From: Candidatus Aegiribacteria sp.
GTDB taxonomy: Bacteria > Fermentibacterota > Fermentibacteria > Fermentibacterales > JCC-6
Length of the DNA: 12,552 bases
Assembly (NCBI GenBank): GCA_046498225.1
Contig: JAWOBF010000023.1
Span: 1-12,552 of the forward strand
Reading direction: 5' to 3'
Positions 6,332-12,552 of this stretch are shown here, in pieces. Position 1 is the stretch's first letter, and each line of letters starts with the position of its first letter. The position numbers were made by a program, and so were the translations under genes. The notes under the pieces are model-generated. The model saw only the letters and a list, made by a program, of their open reading frames with translations. It was not told where the DNA came from and made no database searches.

Positions 6332-7741
6332 TTGGGATTGGTTCTTATCGGTGTGATTCTTCTTGTGGCCATGGCAGCCGAAAAGTTCACGCTGGGTGTT
6401 CTTCTTCTGGGGGTTCCGGGAATACTGTTCCTGCTCGCGGGTTCCCCCGTGAGGGTGCTGATGGCCATCTTCGCCCTTCAAATAGTGCTGACACTCACGC
6501 AGCTGAGCGCCATATCGCTGGGGTTCCTGAGGGTGGACGATCTGCTGACCATTCTCCTGGTCTGGCTGTGGGTTCTTTCACTGCCGGACAGGTCCATGAG
6601 GGGAGTGAGAATAGGGAAGCAGGGGATATTCATTATTCTGTTCCTCGTCCTGTTCGCCGTTGCCGCACTCCGGGGGGTCTCAGCCGGACATAACATCAAT
6701 TACCTGATCAGCCAGACGAAGACCATGGGAGCCTACTTCCTCTATTTTCCCCTTTTATGGGTTCTTTCCGATGAGACCCATTCACGATGGCTCTGGAAGC
6801 TGCTGCTGTGGTCGGCGGTGGCCGGAGGGCTGATATACACCTACAAGGGCTTCAGAGGAACCGGAGAGGATGTCTATATTAGGAGGACCACCGGCCTGAG
6901 GGTTACTACCAGGCAGCCCAACGCCATCGGTGTGGTTATGCTCATGTACATCGGCAGGCTCTGGAAACCAGGCGGGAAGAGACCGCCACTGGTAGCGGTC
7001 ATTCCCTCTCTGATCCTCATGAGTTCCGCATTATTCCTGTCACAGACCAGGGGAATATGGGGAGGGGTCCTTCTGGCCCTTGCCCTGGCCTGGATACTCA
7101 ACCTGTTCAGGAGGAAGGACAATATAAGGCTGGGCCGGAAACTGATAACGTCGATAACCGTCCTTGCGGGCCTGGTGGCCGTCCTTATCCTGTCCGTCTC
7201 CGCCATGGGTCTGCTTTCGGTCTCAGACATAGCCGAAAGGACAGGGGAGTCCGGCGATTACATGACTTCCACGGCCACGCTTTCCCGGCTGGTGGCATGG
7301 AATGCCATACTGCAGGAACTTGGCGGTACCCACATTCTGACCGGCAAGGGACTGGGAGCCGTGTATACATGCTTCAGGCCCGATCTGGGCGCTGAGGTGA
7401 CCGTTCATTATGTGGACGGTTCATACTTCCAGATAGCCCTGAACATGGGGGTCATAGGGGTACTGGCCTTTCTGGGAATATTCGTCACCACTCTGGTGAG
7501 GGCTGCAAAGCTATTCGTAAGGACCGACAGCCGAAGAAGGGCGGGAATAGCCCTGGGCATCTTCTGCGCGGTTATCATGCTCCTCTTCGCCTCCGGGTTC
7601 GCCTCGGTGCTGACCAATTACAGGTACACCATCCTGTGGGTGTTCCTACCGGCGCTTCTGCAGGTGGAGATAATAAGAGAGAAGAAGGAGCGGGAAAGCG
7701 ACCGCAGCCGGCAGATGGCAGCATTGACCGGTAACCGCTGA
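6332..7741 (+). CDS. O-antigen ligase / Wzy polymerase family membrane protein (Wzy_C-like)
   Basis: Multi-pass membrane protein with QPNAIG, LFLSQTRGIWGG, the periplasmic-loop RLVAW...GKGLG and HYVDGSYFQIALNMGVIG motifs. The start is uncertain because the frame is open from 6164. Confidence 0.85.
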   Translation: MGLVLIGVILLVAMAAEKFTLGVLLLGVPGILFLLAGSPVRVLMAIFALQIVLTLTQLSAISLGFLRVDDLLTILLVWLWVLSLPDRSMRGVRIGKQGIFIILFLVLFAVAALRGVSAGHNINYLISQTKTMGAYFLYFPLLWVLSDETHSRWLWKLLLWSAVAGGLIYTYKGFRGTGEDVYIRRTTGLRVTTRQPNAIGVVMLMYIGRLWKPGGKRPPLVAVIPSLILMSSALFLSQTRGIWGGVLLALALAWILNLFRRKDNIRLGRKLITSITVLAGLVAVLILSVSAMGLLSVSDIAERTGESGDYMTSTATLSRLVAWNAILQELGGTHILTGKGLGAVYTCFRPDLGAEVTVHYVDGSYFQIALNMGVIGVLAFLGIFVTTLVRAAKLFVRTDSRRRAGIALGIFCAVIMLLFASGFASVLTNYRYTILWVFLPALLQVEIIREKKERESDRSRQMAALTGNR

Positions 7742-7785
7742 CCGCATATTATCCCTCCCTGTAGCTACTTCGGCTGGAGGTTCGA

Positions 7786-9108
7786 TTGTTATCCATGACG
7801 GCGGAACCGATGGACAGTCTGGTCTATCTTGCCTATTCCTTTCCCCCTGTAAGCAGCGGGTCCAATACCAGGAACCTTCTTCTACCGAAATATCTTCCCC
7901 GGTTCGGATGGCGTTTCAATGTGCTCACAGTCTCTAATCCCCGGGGAATGCCGCTGGACTTGGAGCTCCCCGAAAAAGTACCTGAAGGGACCCTTGTCAG
8001 GAAAGTGCATCATCACGATCCAATGAGCATCCTCCGGCGGCTTGCCGGAAAGGGGAAAGAACCTTCGACCACATCACCCGGACCGACCCGGGCGGGTTCT
8101 TCCTTTCGGGATTGTCTCAGATCGTACCTTCTCTTTCCCGACAGGCTGATAACATGGATGCCGAAGGTCGTGCCGGAAGGGGTGCGCCTGGTGAGGGAGA
8201 CCGGGTCCAGCCTTATACTGTCGGCTGGACCTCATCACTCCCTCCACCTGCACGCCTGGATGATAAGCAGGATAACGGGTATCCGCTGGGTGCCATATTT
8301 TGGCGACCTGTGGGTCTACGACGGTTATGTCCGCTTCCCGCCTGGACCGATCAGGGCAGCCCACAGGGCTATGGAGAGGGCCGTTGTCAGGAACGCCGAT
8401 GCGATAATAACCACCACGCCCCGTTCATCCGACTACTTCCGTGACAGGTACGGTGCCGACTGTCCTCCCTGCTTTGAGATGGTGAACGGTTACGACCCGG
8501 AAACCGACCCGCCCCCGAAACCCCGGCCGGAGGAGGAACGAAAGGGGGAGAGGTTCACGGTGACCTTTACCGGTAATCTGGTGGGGGAGAACACTCCCGA
8601 TTACCTTCCCCTTGGCCTGGACCGTTTCTTCAGCCTGCATCCCGATGCTCCTGTGAGGTTGGTGATGGTGGGACGCTTACCGACGAATTACGCGAAGAAG
8701 TTATCCTCTGTAGGCAACGGGCAGGTGGTTGAGTTCAGGGGAAGTGTACCCTCCATGGAGGCCAGGGAACATCAGAGAAAAGCGGACCTTCTGCTCACTT
8801 TTCTGGAGGACAGGCCGGGCAACGAGGTGAAAAACTCCGCCAAACTGGCGGAGTACGTCAGTGCCGGCAAGCCTGTACTTGCTATTGCCCCAGCCGGAGA
8901 CCTTACCGATTTCGTTCGCCGGATGGAGGCGGGATATGTTTCAAAACCCGATCCGGAAGCTGTGGCGGATGTTATGGAGAGGATCCTGGCTGACTGGAGA
9001 AATGGTTCGCTGAAGGGGCCGGCTGATCCGGAGAAGGCTGCCGAGATCCTGGACATGCGGAGGGGAATATCCCAGCTCGCGGAGTTCCTCAGGCAGGTAG
9101 TGAACTGA
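7786..9108 (+). CDS. Glycosyltransferase family 4 (GT-B fold)
   Basis: AYSFPPVSSGSNTR N-terminus, ADAIITTT, NGYDPE, TFTGNL, and ADLLL...SAKLAEYVSAGKPVLAI. GGAGG at 7776-7780 precedes TTG 7786; ATG 7795 and 7810 are alternatives. Confidence 0.9.
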   Translation: MLSMTAEPMDSLVYLAYSFPPVSSGSNTRNLLLPKYLPRFGWRFNVLTVSNPRGMPLDLELPEKVPEGTLVRKVHHHDPMSILRRLAGKGKEPSTTSPGPTRAGSSFRDCLRSYLLFPDRLITWMPKVVPEGVRLVRETGSSLILSAGPHHSLHLHAWMISRITGIRWVPYFGDLWVYDGYVRFPPGPIRAAHRAMERAVVRNADAIITTTPRSSDYFRDRYGADCPPCFEMVNGYDPETDPPPKPRPEEERKGERFTVTFTGNLVGENTPDYLPLGLDRFFSLHPDAPVRLVMVGRLPTNYAKKLSSVGNGQVVEFRGSVPSMEAREHQRKADLLLTFLEDRPGNEVKNSAKLAEYVSAGKPVLAIAPAGDLTDFVRRMEAGYVSKPDPEAVADVMERILADWRNGSLKGPADPEKAAEILDMRRGISQLAEFLRQVVN

Positions 9109-9112
9109 AGCG

Positions 9113-9156
9113 CTCACCGGGTCGTTCCGGCTGATGGTGAGAGACTCTTCTTCTCT
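9113..9156 (+). terminator. Possible weak terminator after GT4
   Basis: ctcacc (9113-9118) pairs with ggtgag (9136-9141), enclosing an imperfect inner stem and followed by ctcttcttct. Confidence 0.3.
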
Positions 9157-9308
9157 ATGCCAAGTATTGACGGCTTTGCTTGATATTCACTCATTCTCTC
9201 AAGGAAGCACGCAACTGGACGAGGCCCGCAAGTCTTTGAATAGTTGAGCCGATAAACCATTGACGGTCTGGAACACGGACGGCCGTCACATAATCAGAGG
9301 GAGGACTC

Positions 9309-10613
9309 ATGAGGATACTAGCTTTTGTGCTCCTGGCGACGCTCTGTGCCGGAATTGTCTATGGAGGCAACATAGACTATCTCACCAACAGAAGTGTCAG
9401 CTACTTCCGCAACTTCGCACGCAACCCCGCAACCGACGGCGCCGATCTCGTGAGCTACAACCCCGCCGGGCTGGTCTTCATGGACGAAGGGTTCCATCTC
9501 AGTTTCGGCAATGAATTCTTCCTGAAGAAGTACACCATAGAAGCTGTCCCCTTCTGGAACACAGACACCACCGTAACCTATGAATCCACCGAGCCCACGC
9601 TATTCTACCCCGACCTTTACGCGGTTTACAGAACCGGCCGGATGGCCGTGTTCGGCGCCTTCACCGTACCCGCCGGGGGCGGCGGTCTGGACTACAAGGA
9701 CGGCATCTACGCCATGCCTCTGATAGAGAGCGGGTTCCAGCAGGCCATCAATCAGAACCCCTACTACTTCGCGCTGATGGATGACGGCAGCATCAAGGCG
9801 TCATCCCAGTACCTGGCCGGAACCGCTGGCGCCTCCTACGCGGCCAGCGACATGCTCTCCTTCGGCCTTGCCGGCCGTTACACAACTGCGAAGAGGACTT
9901 ACGACGGCCAGGGCGAGTTCACCATCTTCGGGCCGGATTCCCTCGGGAACATTATTCCCATGGGCACCTCCAGCAGGACACTGGACGTTGAGAAATCCGC
10001 CAGCGGATTCGCAGGAATATTGAGCTTCAACCTGATGCCCACCCCGGAACTCAACGTGGCCCTGAGGTACGAGACAGCCACCGCACTGGATTTCGAGACT
10101 TCCGTCAACGAGAACAGCTGGGAGATGGCGGCGCTGCCGGATTCAAGCTTCACCGACGGCTACCAGCAGAGAAGGGACCTTCCCGCCATCCTGGCCGGAG
10201 GGGTCTCCTACAGGTTGTCACCGGAGTTCAAGCTCAGCACCACCTTCAACTACTACTTCCTCGAGGATGTGGCGGACGAAAGACCGGGCGGAATAGACAT
10301 GAATTACAAGAACGGTCTGGATATAGGCATTGGCATGGACTATCAGATTACTCCCTGCCTGCTGGGCGGGCTTGCCTACCTCCGGAGCGACCTCGGCGGG
10401 AGCGAGGAAACCTTCAATGACCTGGAGTACAACCTGGACACCCATTGCATCGGCGGAGGTGTAAGGTACTCGGTTAACCGTGACTTCGCCCTTACACTGG
10501 CCGGCGGACACAACATCTACGATGAGGGACAGGGCGTGGGGGATTTCGCGGCCAACACCTACAACAAGTCCATATGGTACTTCGGCCTCGGAGCTGAGGT
10601 AAGCTTCAGATAG
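9309..10613 (+). CDS. OmpP1/FadL/TodX-family outer-membrane beta-barrel (hydrophobic compound transporter)
   Basis: Strong GAGGGAGG RBS, signal peptide, hatch region GNIDYLTNRS...ARNPATDGADLVSYNPAGL (NPA motif), VPAGGGG, DLPAILAGGVSY, and a C-terminal beta-signal YFGLGAEVSF(R). Confidence 0.88.
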   Translation: MRILAFVLLATLCAGIVYGGNIDYLTNRSVSYFRNFARNPATDGADLVSYNPAGLVFMDEGFHLSFGNEFFLKKYTIEAVPFWNTDTTVTYESTEPTLFYPDLYAVYRTGRMAVFGAFTVPAGGGGLDYKDGIYAMPLIESGFQQAINQNPYYFALMDDGSIKASSQYLAGTAGASYAASDMLSFGLAGRYTTAKRTYDGQGEFTIFGPDSLGNIIPMGTSSRTLDVEKSASGFAGILSFNLMPTPELNVALRYETATALDFETSVNENSWEMAALPDSSFTDGYQQRRDLPAILAGGVSYRLSPEFKLSTTFNYYFLEDVADERPGGIDMNYKNGLDIGIGMDYQITPCLLGGLAYLRSDLGGSEETFNDLEYNLDTHCIGGGVRYSVNRDFALTLAGGHNIYDEGQGVGDFAANTYNKSIWYFGLGAEVSFR

Positions 10614-10631
10614 AAAAAGCGGTTCGATTGA

Positions 10632-10660
10632 AGGGGCCGATTAGTTCGGCCCCTCTCTTT
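10632..10660 (+). terminator. Intrinsic terminator after the FadL-like gene
   Basis: Perfect 9-bp stem aggggccga-ttagt-tcggcccct followed by ctcttt. Confidence 0.8.
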
Positions 10661-10738
10661 GACATCTATTATAATATTTATATTAGAAATTATAGTATAA
10701 TATTGATAAATTGCTGAAATGCAAGACCTGACCCCAGG

Positions 10739-10755
10739 CTGTTACAATCTGTTAC
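10739..10755. promoter_or_regulatory. OmpR/CpxR-family-like tandem direct-repeat box
   Basis: CTGTTAC-aat-CTGTTAC with a 10-bp period. The reverse strand reads GTAAC-N5-GTAAC, close to the CpxR consensus GTAAA-N5-GTAAA. It lies about 80 nt upstream of the Spy/CpxP-family gene. Confidence 0.55.
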
Positions 10756-10837
10756 GGTATTCCAATATTCCGTTCGCATTCTCCTGCGAGATTAGTTACG
10801 TTAAGATACGGGAACAGAACGGGAAGGAAGGTACAGG

Positions 10838-11365
10838 ATGTCTGGAAAAGTGAAAGCGATAGGGATAGCGGCGGCGGTGCTCATGCTCGCGGCCGGAACG
10901 GCCATTGCCCAGGGGCCCGGTGGATGGGACGGTCCCTCCCACGGCGGCGGATACAGCATGGGCCCGGGCCAGGGGGAACCCGGCGGCGTGGGAATGCAGC
11001 ATCTCCACCCTTTCAGGATGATGTTCAGGGGACTGGACCTCACGGATGACCAGCGGGATGAGATAGCTGCGATAGTCCGGGATGCCACCGAAGAGGTAAG
11101 GGATATGATGGCGGAGGCCGAGCCCTGGGAAGAGAGGGAAACCTTCATGGAGATGTTCACCTCCCCCACACTGACCGTGGCCGACCTGGAGGAGAGCATG
11201 GGACGCATGGACGAGGTCCGGGAAGAAGTGCGAGACGTAGTATTCAGGGCCATAGTCGACGTGCACGACGTTCTGACTGCGGAGCAGCTGCGGGAGCTGG
11301 CCGATATCGCCGAGGAGTATGGACCGGGAATGGAAGGCCCCGGCATGGGTCGGATGCACCGGTAG
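10838..11365 (+). CDS. Spy/CpxP-family (LTXXQ motif) periplasmic protein
   Basis: Signal peptide ending AIA-Q, Gly/Met/His-rich N-terminal tail, LDLTDDQRDEI and VLTAEQLREL (two LTXXQ motifs), Gly/Met-rich C-terminal tail. Confidence 0.9.
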   Translation: MSGKVKAIGIAAAVLMLAAGTAIAQGPGGWDGPSHGGGYSMGPGQGEPGGVGMQHLHPFRMMFRGLDLTDDQRDEIAAIVRDATEEVRDMMAEAEPWEERETFMEMFTSPTLTVADLEESMGRMDEVREEVRDVVFRAIVDVHDVLTAEQLRELADIAEEYGPGMEGPGMGRMHR

Positions 11366-11401
11366 TACATAAACGCTCGCAGCGAACATACACACCTCAC
11401 G

Positions 11402-11439
11402 GAAGGCGGAGGGCGCGGCGGCGCCCCCGCCTTCTTCCT
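11402..11439 (+). terminator. Intrinsic terminator after the Spy/CpxP gene
   Basis: gaaggcgg(a)gggcgc-ggcg-gcgcccccgccttc forms a 14-bp stem with one bulge, followed by ttcct. Confidence 0.7.
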
Positions 11440-11563
11440 GCAGGTTGGCCTTACAGGACGGCAGTCCGCCCTTGAGCGGGCTTTCATTATGCCCTGCGGC
11501 GGGGGATGACTTGCGGTAACCAATCGCCTGTGCAATAGTGGCTTTGACGGAAGCGGGGATAGC

Positions 11564-11794
11564 ATGCATGAGGATCTGAACAGCGCGCTGGAAGAAGCCC
11601 GGAGGAGCGCCCGGGGACTGGGGGAACCTTTCTGTGTGGTCTCCGGAAGAAAGCAGGGGCGACTTATCTACAGGATCTATCCCATGAGGGGTTTCGGCCT
11701 CCCCCCCGGCGGCAGGCTGGAAGAGGTGGTCCGACCGGAAGTGGAGAGAGTCCGCCCCGAGCCTCCGGAAAAGATGAGCGCCAACGGTTTCTGA
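11564..11794 (+). CDS. Small hypothetical protein (76 aa)
   Basis: ATG preceded by GGGGA. It fills the gap between the terminator and fhs on the same strand, with host-like G/C-ending codons and a helix plus beta-hairpin-like pattern. Confidence 0.6.
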   Translation: MHEDLNSALEEARRSARGLGEPFCVVSGRKQGRLIYRIYPMRGFGLPPGGRLEEVVRPEVERVRPEPPEKMSANGF

Positions 11795-11825
11795 GATTGC
11801 GCGACAATGGTTATGGAGGATGGAA

Positions 11826-12552
11826 GTGAGCAATTTTCCCACGGACATTGAGATAGCGGGCGAAGCAGATATAAGGCCGATAACCGAGATAGCGGGGAAA
11901 CTCGGTCTCTCCCCGGACGACCTGGATCTGTACGGAGAGAACAAGGCGAAGGTGCACCTGGACGCGCTGGAGAAGAAGGGAAATGGGCCGGGGAACCTGG
12001 TCCTGGTCTCGGCCATAACCCCCACACCGGCGGGGGCCGGGAAGACCACTACCACAATAGGCCTCACCCAGGGGCTTGGAAAACTGGGCGAATCGGTGTC
12101 CTGCGCCATAAGGGAGCCCTCCCTGGGACCCATCTTCGGTATCAAGGGCGGCGCCGCCGGCGGCGGCTATTCCCAGGTGATACCCATGGAGGACATCAAC
12201 CTTCACTTCACCGGAGACATGCACGCCATTACCTCCGCCAACAACCTTCTTTCCGCCGCTCTGGACAATCATCTCCACAGGGACAACCCCACCAGGATGG
12301 ACCCCAGGACGGTGAGTTTCCGGCGGGTGATGGACATGAACGACAGGTCTCTGCGGGACATCATCATAGGCCTTGGCGGCAGAACACAGGGGGTTCCGCG
12401 GGAGGCGGGCTTCGACATAACCGCCGCAAGCGAGATAATGGCCATCCTGGCCCTGGCCTCGGACATGGACGACCTGAAGAAGCGGTTGAACAGGATATTC
12501 ATAGGCCTCACCTACGACAGGGAACAGGTGACCGCGGAAGATATCGGTGTTA
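11826..12552 (+). CDS. fhs: Formate--tetrahydrofolate ligase (3'-truncated by the window edge)
   Basis: GGAGG at 11815-11819, GTG at 11826. The translation includes [94 protein letters not shown] and [14 protein letters not shown], all FTHFS signatures. Confidence 0.98.
   Translation, partial: MSNFPTDIEIAGEADIRPITEIAGKLGLSPDDLDLYGENKAKVHLDALEKKGNGPGNLVLVSAITPTPAGAGKTTTTIGLTQGLGKLGESVSCAIREPSLGPIFGIKGGAAGGGYSQVIPMEDINLHFTGDMHAITSANNLLSAALDNHLHRDNPTRMDPRTVSFRRVMDMNDRSLRDIIIGLGGRTQGVPREAGFDITAASEIMAILALASDMDDLKKRLNRIFIGLTYDREQVTAEDIGV

Noticed and set aside
9268..9284. Sigma54 promoter CTGGAACA-cgga-CGGC before the FadL-like gene
   Set aside because: The GG-N10-GC spacing fits, but the -12 element lacks TTGC and the match is equally explained by the overlapping palindrome.
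9309..10613. FadL-like gene as PorV, the T9SS cargo shuttle
   Set aside because: Tempting given the nearby secretion-tail protein, but the N-terminus (IDYLTNRS...ARNPATDGAD...YNPAGL) and 434-aa length fit OmpP1/FadL transporters. It lacks the FLxIxxxARxxxMG start I associate with PorV. An HMM comparison would settle it.
11440..11563. ZTP (pfl) or THF riboswitch upstream of the small ORF and fhs
   Set aside because: atgacttgcgg and cgcctgtgca loosely echo ZTP motifs (UGACUGG, CGCCUGGGCA), but both have mismatches and the intervening P1/P2 stems are missing. No THF aptamer core is visible. An Rfam cmscan would be decisive.
10796..12145. 449-aa minus-strand ORF, and nested minus ORFs 10801-11565, 11677-12027, 11811-12278, 12269-12511
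   Set aside because: These are antisense shadows of the well-supported Spy/CpxP gene, small ORF and fhs. They cross a terminator and have no recognisable motifs. Long shadow ORFs are expected in GC-rich DNA.

Overview
A GC-rich bacterial cell-envelope region with no rRNA, tRNA, CRISPR array or transposase that I can recognise. Gene order: the 3' end of a hypothetical gene (+); a Sulfotransferase_2-family gene whose conserved C-terminus lies in a second frame (+, frameshift near 1241), bracketed by a 34-bp imperfect direct repeat; a secreted Asp-box/BNR beta-propeller protein with a T9SS-type C-terminal sorting domain (-); a divergent ArsR/HTH_20 regulator coupled by an ATGA overlap to a GT2 glycosyltransferase (+); a Wzx-like flippase (-); a divergent O-antigen ligase/Wzy-family protein and a GT4 glycosyltransferase (+); an OmpP1/FadL-family outer-membrane protein; a Spy/CpxP (LTXXQ) protein preceded by an OmpR/CpxR-like direct repeat; a 76-aa unknown ORF; and the 5' part of fhs (formate-tetrahydrofolate ligase), which is missing from the ORF track because it runs off the window. 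A T9SS-type sorting domain together with high GC and fhs suggests an anaerobic FCB-group diderm outside Bacteroidota, such as Fermentibacterota (inference only). I see no firm evidence of a wholly new system. The best leads are the repeat-flanked, frameshifted sulfotransferase cassette, and a shared TACA-N12-TGTRCG motif that may put the secreted propeller and the ArsR-GT2 operon under one repressor next to a surface-glycan cluster.
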